Notes under the pieces: generated by a model
The model's database searches: none
Told to the model about the DNA's origin: nothing
What the model saw: the letters and a program-made list of their open reading frames with translations, nothing else
Shown here: in pieces, positions 41,990-52,293 of the stretch
Layout of the letters: each line of letters opens with the position of its first letter
How positions within the stretch are numbered: position 1 is the stretch's first letter
Position numbers and translations under genes: made by a program
Assembly: GCA_963813025.1 (NCBI GenBank)
Contig: CAWEXO010000005.1
Location: 224,001 to 288,000, forward strand
Source of the DNA: an uncultured Verrucomicrobiae bacterium
GTDB taxonomy: Bacteria; Verrucomicrobiota; Verrucomicrobiia; Chthoniobacterales; JAFAMB01
DNA: 64,000 nucleotides
Reading direction: 5' to 3'

Positions 41990-44830
41990 TTGGTCGTGAG
42001 TCGTAGCCGGGAAGAGCTGGCCGCCTGTTTGAGCCGGCATGGCATTCTTTATGCTTCAGCCGGGCAGCCAATTCGGCATCAGGATCGAACACCTGCGCCG
42101 TGGGCATTTTATAGCTGGAACGCTACCCTGACAGCGCATGGATTGCGTCTTGCTGCGGTCTGCATACTGGAGCGGCTGCGCGGATTCAGGGCCTCCCAGT
42201 TAGCAAGCATCGGTTATACCGGCATACCCCTGCTCTCCGCGTGCGTTCTGCTCGGAGAAGGGCGCTACACTGGCCTTTGCATCCGCGAGAGCCGGAAAAA
42301 ATATGTTTCCTGCCGCCAGGTGGAAGGGCCGTTCGACAAATCTGCCCCGGTTGTGATTATCGATGACTCGGTCAGCTCCGGCAATTCCATCGCAGAAGCC
42401 ATCAGGGCTATCGAGAATGAAGGAGGCGAAGTCGAAGGCGCGATCGCCCTAGTGCAGTTTCCGTATCGAGGTGGCCTCGATTGGGCAAATTCGGCTGGCT
42501 ACCGGGCCGAAGCGATCCTGGATGTCTGGTCCGATCTTGGTATGGCCCGCACGCTGGCTAAGCCTGAACGGCGGCCACCCCCGCTTACTGGCAAGGTCAG
42601 AGCTCCCGAAGGCTTGCACCCGGCAGTGCTGGCCCGGTTTTCAGCGGCCACGTGGCTTGCCACGGGTCTGGCGCCCTCGCCGCCCCTGCAAATGGATCGC
42701 AACTATGCATCCCCGGGAGGGGTCTTTGTCAGCTTTCGTGAGCGCGCTAACGATAACCGAATTGCTCGTAACGGATATTGGCATTTCAATCCGGACGATG
42801 CGGCGCCGTGTGCGGACGTGATTGCGGCAACAATTGAGACACTACGGGATGCGCATGGGCGCATTACACCCCAAACCCTTCCAGAACTCAAAATTGCGGT
42901 CACTTTTTTTTCCGCGCTCGAACTGATTAAGCCCAAAGATCTTGATTTTGAGCGTTACGGTATTGTGGTGCGAAGCCGGGCATTTCCAAGTAAGATGGGC
43001 GGCGCGCTGCCCAACACGCAGGCTTTCATCAGCGAGGTCGAACAATATCGCCAGGCGCGCGTGACCAATGCAGGCATTGAGCCTGGCGAGCCCCACGATC
43101 TATTCCGCCACGAGGTCTTCAAATACGTCGAACCGGGCCAAACGTGGCTGCAGTACGGTTCGCCGGAGAGCGCTGCAGGCTGGTGGCGGACCGCAGAGTG
43201 TGGTCGCCGGATCACAGCCCGTGCTCGGCAGTTATTCGACGAACTGCAGGGTAAAGAGGAACAATCGAAGGAAAAAGAAAGCGCAAGTGCTCCGGCCTCA
43301 GTCGATGCTTTTCCATTGGCCAGTGCGCCGGAGGATATTGGCCGTATCGAAGCGGTCGCGGTCCGCGTCTATCACCCGGACTACGGCCTGATCGGATACG
43401 GATTAGCACTGGGAACCGAGTTCGACGACGCGCTGCGTGCTGCGGTGCTACAGGCGGCCGCTGACCCGCGGGGCGGTTCAGGGTTGACGCGCGGAACGAT
43501 AGTCGTTTCCGTCCTGCACGATCCGGAACTGCTCGGCAGGGCGGCCGTCCAAACTGTCGCATTCAAGCTTCGGCGCGGGCTTGATGCGCTTGAAATCCAC
43601 TATTCCGGCAAAACCACGATTCTCCTGCCATCGGTGCTGGTTTACAACAACCTCACGCGAGCGGAATTCGTCCGGACCTGCGTGCGCTTGGCGGGTGCCG
43701 AGGCTGCAGCCGAAAGTCGCCAGGTCGAATGGCGAACCTTGCAATGCGCCGAATGGGTTGATGATGGCCGGTATACCCACCCTTTGCGGTTCGGCTCTGC
43801 GGTTCGTGATGCCGATACCCTGGATTCCGCCTCTTTGATCCGTTTGCTGGGCACTTACATCGTCGGATCGCTCGGGGCTGACCGCCTGCCGCGTTACATG
43901 CTACAACCGGCCAGCGGCGAGGTGCAGATCTACGGGACTGCCGGACGCGCCATTCACGGATTGATGGCGCTGGACCTCGCAGGGTTATTTCTTGGGGAAC
44001 GGAGTTGGCGGGAGGGGGCTGGCGCCGGCTTCGGTTATTGTCTGGACCATGTGCGGGAGGGTACCATCGTTCTTCCCGGCGTCGTCGGCGGGACGCTTGC
44101 GGACGCGGTTCTCCTTGGCGCGGTCGCTCGCTATAAGGCGCTCAGTCAGCGGGCTGCTTCACGCGCTCTGGCTGCCCGTCTGCGCGGCCTGCTGCGGCCG
44201 GAAGGACGAATCGGGTATACGCCTAAGCGGCTTGAACTGCCGCAGGATCACGAGTTTCTGCCCGGAGCTCTGCTGGCCGGTTTGGCAGATTTCGGGGCTA
44301 TCCAGGATGCCGGCGCGCAGGTTGCATGGTACGCACATCATTTTTCAGCTTTGCCGGGGTGGGGACAGGCCGGCTGGCTGCCGCAGGGTATGGCGGCGTT
44401 GTACCGGGTTACTGCAGATCGGGCGGCGGTTGAACTTGCCTTCGCGGCCACTGATTGGGCCATTGATCGGCAACTAGGGAGTAGCGGTGCGTTTCTTGAA
44501 GATCTCAGCCCGGATGAGCCGAGTTTCAATACGGGTTTTATCGCCGAGGGCGTCGCTGCATCCTGGGAGATTGCGATCGCTGTGGGCGACGTCGAACGAG
44601 CCGCACGCTATGCTGCGGCATGGTCGGCAGCGATGCGGTTTATGACAAACCTGATCGTTTTTCCGGAAGACGTTTTCGCGCTGCGGGCCGGACCAAAGGC
44701 CATTGGCGGTGTGCGCTGTACACTGACGCGTTCAGATATTCGGATCGATCAAGTCAGTCACTGCCTTCATGCGCTGGTAACTGGCGCGCGCCTGCAGCCT
44801 TCTGGGTCGCGTCTTAACATGTACGTGTAA
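41990..44830 (+). CDS. Multidomain protein: OPRT-like phosphoribosyltransferase + tandem AMMECR1-like domains + alpha/alpha toroid
   Basis: PRPP motif VVIIDDSVSSGNS; GGVFVSF...YGIVV...GGALPN; AAADPR...RRGLDAL...ILLPSV; C-terminal GGVR...IRIDQVSH. Confidence 0.75.
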   Translation: MVVSRSREELAACLSRHGILYASAGQPIRHQDRTPAPWAFYSWNATLTAHGLRLAAVCILERLRGFRASQLASIGYTGIPLLSACVLLGEGRYTGLCIRESRKKYVSCRQVEGPFDKSAPVVIIDDSVSSGNSIAEAIRAIENEGGEVEGAIALVQFPYRGGLDWANSAGYRAEAILDVWSDLGMARTLAKPERRPPPLTGKVRAPEGLHPAVLARFSAATWLATGLAPSPPLQMDRNYASPGGVFVSFRERANDNRIARNGYWHFNPDDAAPCADVIAATIETLRDAHGRITPQTLPELKIAVTFFSALELIKPKDLDFERYGIVVRSRAFPSKMGGALPNTQAFISEVEQYRQARVTNAGIEPGEPHDLFRHEVFKYVEPGQTWLQYGSPESAAGWWRTAECGRRITARARQLFDELQGKEEQSKEKESASAPASVDAFPLASAPEDIGRIEAVAVRVYHPDYGLIGYGLALGTEFDDALRAAVLQAAADPRGGSGLTRGTIVVSVLHDPELLGRAAVQTVAFKLRRGLDALEIHYSGKTTILLPSVLVYNNLTRAEFVRTCVRLAGAEAAAESRQVEWRTLQCAEWVDDGRYTHPLRFGSAVRDADTLDSASLIRLLGTYIVGSLGADRLPRYMLQPASGEVQIYGTAGRAIHGLMALDLAGLFLGERSWREGAGAGFGYCLDHVREGTIVLPGVVGGTLADAVLLGAVARYKALSQRAASRALAARLRGLLRPEGRIGYTPKRLELPQDHEFLPGALLAGLADFGAIQDAGAQVAWYAHHFSALPGWGQAGWLPQGMAALYRVTADRAAVELAFAATDWAIDRQLGSSGAFLEDLSPDEPSFNTGFIAEGVAASWEIAIAVGDVERAARYAAAWSAAMRFMTNLIVFPEDVFALRAGPKAIGGVRCTLTRSDIRIDQVSHCLHALVTGARLQPSGSRLNMYV

Positions 44831-45220
44831 CAATTTGCTCAAGAAGCCGGCCCGGCGATCTGGAACGTAGTGCGTACCGAAAATCGTCCCACGGCCTGAA
44901 TCAGGAAAACAAGATAACGCCAAATTAGGAAAAAGGAAAATCGCAATGCCTGTTATCACCCTGTGTCGGCAGTCGAGTCAAAACCAGCCAGTGATGGTCG
45001 AATCAAAACCGGCCACTCTTTTAGTAAATAAAGGCATCGGGTGGGCTTGGCACGTAACGTTTTGTGGGATTGTAATTTGCATTTGATTTGTGTGAGCTCT
45101 GGAATGAGCGAACACTGATTGATCAAAAATGTAAAAAACAGCGACCGGCTCTGCGCGGAACATTCTCCAGATCAAGGCCAAAACGGAATAAATGGCGGGA
45201 AGCCCGTAGGGAGGCACCGT

Positions 45221-45716
45221 TTATGCCGGATTTGGACTGGAACCGGAGAATGCGGAGCGCTGTGGGGTGGTAGCGCGTTTTGGCTTAGATTGCAGGCGAT
45301 AGCTGCGGCCGTTGATGGGGATGATTTCGGCATCATGAAGCAAGCGATCAAGGATGGCACTGGCTGCAGGAACATCGTTTAGCAGTTTGCCCCATTCTTC
45401 GATGGGCCGGTTGGAAGTCATCATGGTGGAACGGTTTTCGTAACGACGCATAATGATCTCCAAGAGGATTTCACCGCTTTTTTGCGGCAGGACCTTCAGC
45501 CCCATATCGTCAATGATCAGCAGATCGGGCTTGAGGTATTTGCTTAAGAGTCGGCCTTCTCCGGCCTGGGTTTCCTGGCAGAGTAATTCACGTACCAGAT
45601 CAAAGATTGAGCGGTAAAGGACCAAGAAGCCGGCTTTGAGTACTTCGCGACCAATGGCCTGTACCAAGTGACTTTTTTCGACGCCCGGCGGACCGACCAG
45701 CAGTACGTCGCGCCGA
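45221..45716 (-). pseudogene. istB: IS21 helper ATPase IstB fragment
   Basis: GPPGVEKSHL (mutated Walker A), LLIIDDMG, MTSNRP..EW, AILDRLLH, GRSYRL. Confidence 0.85.
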
Positions 45717-46002
45717 TTCGGTGTGCTGAATACGTAGTTACAAAGGGAGCTGCTCCCGATTACGACTATCCTAAGTTTCTTGCTGAACTGAAGAAGGCCG
45801 GTGTCGAAGTGCCAGATCTTCCCAGGAAGACACACCATCGGCTGAAGGATTCAGCTGAGGATCTTGATAACTGTCAGTCGGACTCAAGGACGCTCAAATG
45901 ACCACCCCTTTTGCACAACTATACCGAAGTCAGGGCCTATCTGGAAAAGGAGCATCCCGATTGGCTCCGGGCTCTAACACCGCGGCACATAAACGCGCCA
46001 GC

Positions 46003-46184
46003 CGAAGCCAAGCCGGTTATGAGGGCGTCGACACCTGCCGAGCGGCACGAAATCTTCCTCGGTTAGGCTGGCGGCTCGTTTGTGGTGGTCGCGGGAAAAC
46101 ATTACCGCTGTGATACCGCGAACGCCGAGACACGGAAAGATGGTTCCTTAGCGTATAAAATTACACGAATCTGCCTAGTACCCT
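46003..46184 (-). mobile_element. Second Tn3 end: intact 38-bp IR plus the first ~33 codons of tnpA
   Basis: IR at 46147-46184; MFSRD..RAASLTEEDFV.LG.CRR.HNRLGF matches the start at 21820. Confidence 0.9.
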
Positions 46185-46232
46185 AACAAGCAAAAAAATA
46201 TAATTTTGCGAATTAAAACTCCGCACCTTTCA

Positions 46233-46610
46233 TTAGGCGACAAGCGTGATCTGCCACGTAATGGGCCCGTCGACCAGCGATCCCGCTGAAGGCGGGGAAT
46301 TGAGTTGCCCATTACCCGAGATGTCCCCCTGCGGGGCCGACGTAAAGCCCCATAACACCATCAAGACATTGTCCGAATCGGCATCTTGCGCACCTGCAAA
46401 ACAAAGAAGACTTCCCGTATCGAAAAGGCAATCTCCGCCGCCGACTGCGAACGGTTGCGCGTTGAAGGAGGAGCCGCCCCGAATAACCAGACTTTGCTCG
46501 ATCCAACCGTCAATCTGGCCGGCAGCAATGATCGGAACGTGGCGACCTGACCCGCTACCGATAACCGTCGACGCGTTCTTGCTGTCCACAATTTGAATAT
46601 TAACACCCAT
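46233..46610 (-). CDS. Hypothetical Gly/Ser-rich beta protein (125 aa)
   Basis: Clean ATG-started ORF with protein-like composition; no family recognised. Confidence 0.55.
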   Translation of the reverse strand: MGVNIQIVDSKNASTVIGSGSGRHVPIIAAGQIDGWIEQSLVIRGGSSFNAQPFAVGGGDCLFDTGSLLCFAGAQDADSDNVLMVLWGFTSAPQGDISGNGQLNSPPSAGSLVDGPITWQITLVA

Positions 46611-47571
46611 AAGCTAAGTCTCCAGACGCGATCCGCACAATCATTAGAACGAACTGAAGAAGCAATAATCCAATCGGGTAATGGGTAACGGGAGGCAAAA
46701 TGCGATAAGGCATAACAGGACAGTTTCTGGCTGTCCGCTTCTTTAGCCGAATCTCAGGCCGAGGCATACATCTAAAAACTGCCATGGGAGCTCCAACTGA
46801 GTTCTGAGACTCTGGTAGAGAGAATGATCTATCTCTATCTTGAGTTTAGGTGAAATCGCAAATCGGCCTGGCGGCATTGTCCGGAGCTGGGATTCTTCTT
46901 TACCTGCTGATTTCCAATGTGGAAACTTCCCGCGTATCAACGAAGTGTTTCAGTCGACTTCGTCACACATCTTGGTGCTGTTACACGCGAAAGCCTGGCT
47001 AACTCAACGTCACGGCTAGGGCAGCAACTTCGGACTACTCACTCTAATCTAACGTTTCAAAACGCGAGACTTAATAACGGCGTTAAAACGGATATTTGGC
47101 TGACTCGACCGAGTAAAATTGCATCGGGCTTAAATATCAGTGGAGGGCATACGCAGACAGGCCTAGCTGTGCGATTGGAAAGTAACAATCTGCCGGTCCC
47201 GGCAAGCGTCCTCCAGAGCGACGCTGCGCGAATAGCAAATAGTCGATAGCCGGATCCGTGTGGCTCGCCCGCGATGAGTGAGGGTTTTCCGATCGCCACC
47301 TCGTCTGGCCTTCCCCTCGCTAAGCCGCAGCCTAGTCACCCAATCGGGTGATTGTGGAAGTTGAATCTCCCAGTTAGGTCCACGGTACCGATTTGCCAGA
47401 TATGAAAGCAGATGAAATGAAAAGTCTTGTACAGGCGGCTGCGCCAGGCTCTCTCCAGGAAGTTGTAAACTGCACTTCGGACGCTGACTTCTTGGTATCT
47501 GGTGTAACAAATGGCGGTTGCAATTATGTGATTTCGCGGTTCGCCTGTAACTCACAGGTTTTGGAGGTTAC

Positions 47572-50082
47572 ATGAACCGGCCCAAAAAACGCGCAGCGAA
47601 GAAGGACAAGAAGGTCGCCCCCAAAGTGGCGCCAGCCAGCCTGGCCCCGTTTCGAGAGGCCAGTCAGGCGCCCCCAAAATCCTCGCCCAAAGTTGTTCCG
47701 TTTGGGGGCCCCCAGCAAGAATGCCGTCCGCGTTCACGAACCTCGCCGACCTTCGTGGCCCGAATCTCGCGCAAGCTCGGCAAGCTCCGTCAGCCCTGTC
47801 CCTGTGATTCGTGCCCGCCTTCTCCCGAGCTGACCTGCTCGTACATCGGCGAAGATCAATTCGTCGAAGACGCCTATCTCGCCAACGCGTATCGAGGCAA
47901 TCTGTTCTTGACGCCCGGTGATGCCAGCGGTGTTATTGGCGGGCTGCTGCATTCGCTCGATCCTCCACAGCATTACTCCCACATGGGAATCATAGTGGCG
48001 AATCATGACTTGGTCCGTCATTGCACCATGTCGCAGGATCGGCTGACCACCAGCGAGTATTACAGCGGCAGCATGCTGGGAGTTCCGGCGCCCCTTGACG
48101 GACTCGATGTAGATCACGCGCAATACGGTTGGCCTGGGACAATTACCCAATCGGTGTATCAGGCGTTTTTTGCCGCTCGCTACGGCACCGGGATCACACC
48201 GCCCGGCCATTCCGGACCATATAAGGGTTCCTTTCTTCCCGATCCCGAAAGTACTCACAACAATTCCTACCTGATGAACCAACTCGGGTTTGATCCCGTT
48301 TCCGATGACGGAGACACTTGGTATCCACCGCTCATCGTGAAGCTTTGCCCGTTCCTCCAGACTCAGCAGCACACGGAGGCTCTCGATCGCATCGTCCAGG
48401 CCGCGCTATCCGCCTACGCCCATTACCGGTTCTTCGCTTACACCGATGGAGTAATCGGCGGTGAATCGGGGGTAACGGGGGCGAGCTTCACCGTGCCGGT
48501 GGCCCAACCTGATTTCGACCCGTCCACAGGCAGGTGGGCCGATTGGGCCACAAGCCTTAAAACGGTGACGACGCCGACGATCCCGGCCTGCTGCTCCTCG
48601 TTTGCATGGCAAATGGTCCAGAATTCTGTGCCGCCCGGAGGTCCCAAGATCATCCTCGATTGGGCCAATTCACATTTGCAGGCGCTGGGCGAATATCAGG
48701 GTAAATGTATACGCTCCGTTCCGCCGCTGTGGCAAGCCGACTCGCGCGACAAGGCAACGCGCGACGGCCTGTATCTCTATAGCGAGGGCGAGCGCATCCT
48801 GACGGCTAACTCCTTGCACGACAATCTCGCGCAGCTTGTTTACGATAAGCTGAAGGCACAGTTGCATAATGCGGGTGGCGTTGAAAGCGCCGTTGCCAGC
48901 GTCCTCGACGACGTTGGGCGAGACGCGTTTATTATCGCCGCTGGTGCCGGCGTCGCGGCGCTTTCGAGCCTGCTGGGGCCCCTCGTGGCAACGGCAGGGT
49001 ATGTTGTCGATGCGGTCTTCTTGAGTAAACTGATCGAGCTGCTCAAGGACATGCCCGAAGACATTGCCAACCAGATGTGTAACCTGTTCGCCTTCGATTG
49101 TGCCCGCGGCTTCCCGGCCGACGCGCACTGCGTCGATGCCAAGGGCAACCAGATCACGGATGTCGATTCAGATAACTGGAGTTCGGCGCCCGGTCCCGGT
49201 AGGGCTGTCAGCCCCGACAACATCCACATGTTTTGGGACGCACCGGGAATAGCGAACTCGGATATCATCCAAGGCCTTTACGGCTACAACGTTCCCGCCA
49301 AGCTCTGCGTCGGAGTCTTCAACCGGCCGATATGCGCGCTCGTGCCGAGTACGGGCGTTACCACCCTCATCGGGTCAGTGTTCTACAGCAACAAACCAGT
49401 GGCAGGCGCTTACGTTTCAGCAGCTTGCCAATATACCCTTACCTCCGGAGAGCGAATGCCACGTTACAGTCTGAAGGTCCACTCGGGCGGCCAATACAAG
49501 GTGATCGCGCGCTACGAGGACCTGAACACGGGGATGGTGCTGTACGGAGAGGCAGTCACGGGAGACCGCAACTCTCCGCCGCTCCAGCCCAACACCGTGT
49601 TCCACCTCAATATTCAAGTCATCGAACCGCCCCCCAACATGCGCAACGTTGTCATCCAAGGGGTGATTCGTTGCGATGATGTCCAGTTGACCACACAAGA
49701 CAACGGCCAACAGTCATTCCAGACGACGCTTTTCGTGCAGTACGGCGCTGCCGTTTTCGACATCGCCAGCGGAACTTGGAAAATAGATATCTACGCCGGG
49801 CGCCCGACCGATACCGCCAGCGTAGGCTATTCTGTGGGCGATTCGAATGCCTCGGTGCAAATGAGCGCGTACGTCTACTCGGATTATTCCGTGGATGTGA
49901 CGCTGGAAGGACTCCTAAATCCCGGCGACGATAATATGTCGACTGGAAAGCAGACCTTTCACGTCTCCAAAGATCAGACCATCAATCTGACTGAGGCCGA
50001 CCTTGATACGGGCGGTGCATTCCCCGACCGGGCGTACTTCCGGGGATTTACGATTGCGAACAACGCTGTCTCCGCGATCTAG
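47572..50082 (+). CDS. Large hypothetical protein with permuted papain-like (YiiX/YaeF-type) His/Cys motifs and a beta-rich C-terminus
   Basis: 836-aa intact ORF; HYSHMGII precedes ACCSSFAW; G.V....PVAGAYV beta-sandwich start. Confidence 0.6.
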   Translation: MNRPKKRAAKKDKKVAPKVAPASLAPFREASQAPPKSSPKVVPFGGPQQECRPRSRTSPTFVARISRKLGKLRQPCPCDSCPPSPELTCSYIGEDQFVEDAYLANAYRGNLFLTPGDASGVIGGLLHSLDPPQHYSHMGIIVANHDLVRHCTMSQDRLTTSEYYSGSMLGVPAPLDGLDVDHAQYGWPGTITQSVYQAFFAARYGTGITPPGHSGPYKGSFLPDPESTHNNSYLMNQLGFDPVSDDGDTWYPPLIVKLCPFLQTQQHTEALDRIVQAALSAYAHYRFFAYTDGVIGGESGVTGASFTVPVAQPDFDPSTGRWADWATSLKTVTTPTIPACCSSFAWQMVQNSVPPGGPKIILDWANSHLQALGEYQGKCIRSVPPLWQADSRDKATRDGLYLYSEGERILTANSLHDNLAQLVYDKLKAQLHNAGGVESAVASVLDDVGRDAFIIAAGAGVAALSSLLGPLVATAGYVVDAVFLSKLIELLKDMPEDIANQMCNLFAFDCARGFPADAHCVDAKGNQITDVDSDNWSSAPGPGRAVSPDNIHMFWDAPGIANSDIIQGLYGYNVPAKLCVGVFNRPICALVPSTGVTTLIGSVFYSNKPVAGAYVSAACQYTLTSGERMPRYSLKVHSGGQYKVIARYEDLNTGMVLYGEAVTGDRNSPPLQPNTVFHLNIQVIEPPPNMRNVVIQGVIRCDDVQLTTQDNGQQSFQTTLFVQYGAAVFDIASGTWKIDIYAGRPTDTASVGYSVGDSNASVQMSAYVYSDYSVDVTLEGLLNPGDDNMSTGKQTFHVSKDQTINLTEADLDTGGAFPDRAYFRGFTIANNAVSAI

Positions 50083-51199
50083 TGCAATAAGTCGGTGACT
50101 AGTTGTGCGATTATGTTGTACGCTATCTGGCGTGAGTTTAGGCAGAATTGTGTTGGCGCCGCCTGAGCGGCGTGAATTGAAGCGCAGGGCGCGGAAACGG
50201 TCTCTGGCGATGGAGTTAGTCAAACGTGCAGAGGTCATTTTGATGTTGGCATCAGGTCATTCTTACCGGGAAGTTCGGCAGCGGCTGGATTGCAGTGATG
50301 AGTATATCCGGGAGTGGAAGAAGCGCTTTCAAGAGGAGCGGTTGGCGGGACTCGATTCGCGTTATCGCGGTAGTCCACGCCGAACCCGTACAGCTGAGAC
50401 CGAGGCGCGTATCTTGGAACTCACGCGTCAGGGTCCCAAGGACGGTACGACCCACTGGAGCAGCTATCGGCTGGCAAAAGATCTGGGCATTAGCCAGTCG
50501 AGCGTGAGCCGTGTCTGGCGCCATTTCGGCATTCAGCCTCATCGGCTGCGTGGTTACATGGCCAGCGATGATCCTGAGTTTAAAGAGAAGGCGGCAGATA
50601 TCATTGGCTTGTATCTTGAGCCACCGGTAAACGCCGCGGTCTTCTGCGTCGATGAGAAGAGCGCTATCCAAGCGCTCGATCGACTTGACCCAGTTTTGCC
50701 TCTTTCCCCCGGCCGAGCTGAACGACATGGCTTTGAGTATTTTCGTCACGGCACCCTCTCACTGTATGCGGCGCTCGACACTCGCACCGGCGACGTTATG
50801 GGAAAGACCACCGCTAGGCATACCAGTGCTGAGTTTGTCGGCTTTCTCGGCCAGATCGTCGCCAGCCAGCCCGATGGCCGAGAGATTCACATCGTCGCCG
50901 ACAACTTGAGCGCACATAAAACCAAGCATGTTTTCGAGTTCCTCCAGGCCAATCCAACGGTTCGGATCCACTACACCCCGACCTATTCCAGTTGGCTCAA
51001 TCAAGTCGAGATCTGGTTTTCCAAAATCCAACGCGATGTCATCGCTCGCGGAATCTTCACTTCTACAACCGACCTCTCCAGAAAGCTGATTCGCTACATC
51101 AGGCAGTACAACAAAACCGCCACACCCTTCCGCTGGAGATATAAGAATGCCGATCATCGCATTAAACAAGTCACTCAACGAGGCTCTGACTCACTGCAC
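50082..51199 (+). mobile_element. IS630-family element, second type
   Basis: IRs GTGCAATAAGTC / GACTCACTGCAC, with TA duplicated in CTAG. Confidence 0.9.
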
Positions 51200-51202
51200 T
51201 AG
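50105..51202 (+). CDS. IS630-family transposase
   Basis: CVDEKSAIQAL, YFRHGT, DNLSAHK, SWLNQVEIWF. Confidence 0.95.
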   Translation: MRLCCTLSGVSLGRIVLAPPERRELKRRARKRSLAMELVKRAEVILMLASGHSYREVRQRLDCSDEYIREWKKRFQEERLAGLDSRYRGSPRRTRTAETEARILELTRQGPKDGTTHWSSYRLAKDLGISQSSVSRVWRHFGIQPHRLRGYMASDDPEFKEKAADIIGLYLEPPVNAAVFCVDEKSAIQALDRLDPVLPLSPGRAERHGFEYFRHGTLSLYAALDTRTGDVMGKTTARHTSAEFVGFLGQIVASQPDGREIHIVADNLSAHKTKHVFEFLQANPTVRIHYTPTYSSWLNQVEIWFSKIQRDVIARGIFTSTTDLSRKLIRYIRQYNKTATPFRWRYKNADHRIKQVTQRGSDSLH

Positions 51203-51286
51203 TATATCGTTTACGAAATAACTATAAATGACTGGCATGTAACCGGTAGAGCCGCTACGGGGCTCCGACCTTTCGAGCAGAAGGGG

Positions 51287-51352
51287 TGTCATGCTGCACA
51301 AAATTAGGAGACTATTGGAAGAAGGCTGGTATGTTGCACATAATTGGGAGAC
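51287..51352. mobile_element. Tn7/Tn5053-like transposon end
   Basis: TGT terminus and two 22-bp repeats, ATGCTGCACAAAATTAGGAGAC and ATGTTGCACATAATTGGGAGAC; downstream of a tniQ remnant. Confidence 0.6.
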
Positions 51353-51775
51353 CCGGCGCACGAATTGAATGTGTCTCGCTTGCGAGCCGGCTTGAAAACA
51401 GAATGACCAACGACTCCACGAGGTTTCTAAAATCGGCGCTCGAAATCTCGCTCAACCATTGAGGATCCGGAGCTCTACCGTGAACCGCGTTGACATAAGC
51501 GTCTTCAAGTGCCATCACAGCATTTATTTGGGGAGCTGGTCTCTCCCGGATCAACTTTACAGAAAAGTCGAACTTCGACAGAAAAGCCGGATTTTGTCGG
51601 AGGCCTCGGAAAGAGCAGTGGCTCTTCGACGAGGCAAACGGGGCATTGCGAGTGAAGTGGCCGCACATGAACGCGGCAGTGCGTCAGCAGAGCCAAGCTC
51701 CACGCGGCAGGAATGTAGGCAGGATCGCCCGTCTGAGCGGCTCCGTGGAGACAGTCCGGACAGAAAGCATAACCG
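51312..51775 (-). pseudogene. tniQ: TniQ remnant
   Basis: YAFCPDC...W...THCRVH.RPL...CPVC; frameshifted. Confidence 0.7.
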
Positions 51776-52165
51776 TTTTGACCAATCTGGAAGGTCGCGC
51801 CCAAGGACTCTACGATGAGATTTATTGTGTGCGGGATGAGATGGAAAATCGCATCAAGGAACAATAACTTTGGTCTCTTTAGTGATCGCACCAGCTGCCA
51901 TGCCTGGTGGTCTAATCAGTTTCGGCTCTTTCTCTCTTCGTTGGTCTACGTGCTCTTAGAAGCATTGCGTCGGCTTGGGTTAAGCGCTAGGGAATTGGCC
52001 CGCGCGCAGGTTGGAACCATCCGTTTGCGCTTACTCAAAATCGGCGCGGTCATCACCCGAAACACCCGGCGCATTCGATTGTGGTTGAGTTCCAGCTTCC
52101 CACTCCAACAGCTCTTCTGCTCCTGCTTGGTGCACTTCTACGGAGTGAACTTCTGGCGGCGCTGA
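51772..52165 (+). pseudogene. IS1380-family transposase, C-terminal remnant
   Basis: VLTNL...LYDEIYC.R.EMENRIKE; LFSDRTSCH.WWSNQFRL; TIRLRLLKIGA. Confidence 0.85.
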
Positions 52166-52293
52166 CCCCGGCACCTCAAAAACAATGGTGGCTTAGTTAG
52201 TTAGCCATCGACTCCTCACCTATTCCCGTCTCAGCACAAACCACTAGCTGATGCAAAAAGACTTTCTATCGGTCTCCAAGGGTAAAGTAGTGT

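Noticed and set aside
41990..42540. Calling the 946-aa gene pyrE
   Set aside because: The PRTase-like part is under a quarter of the protein, and no pyrimidine genes are nearby.
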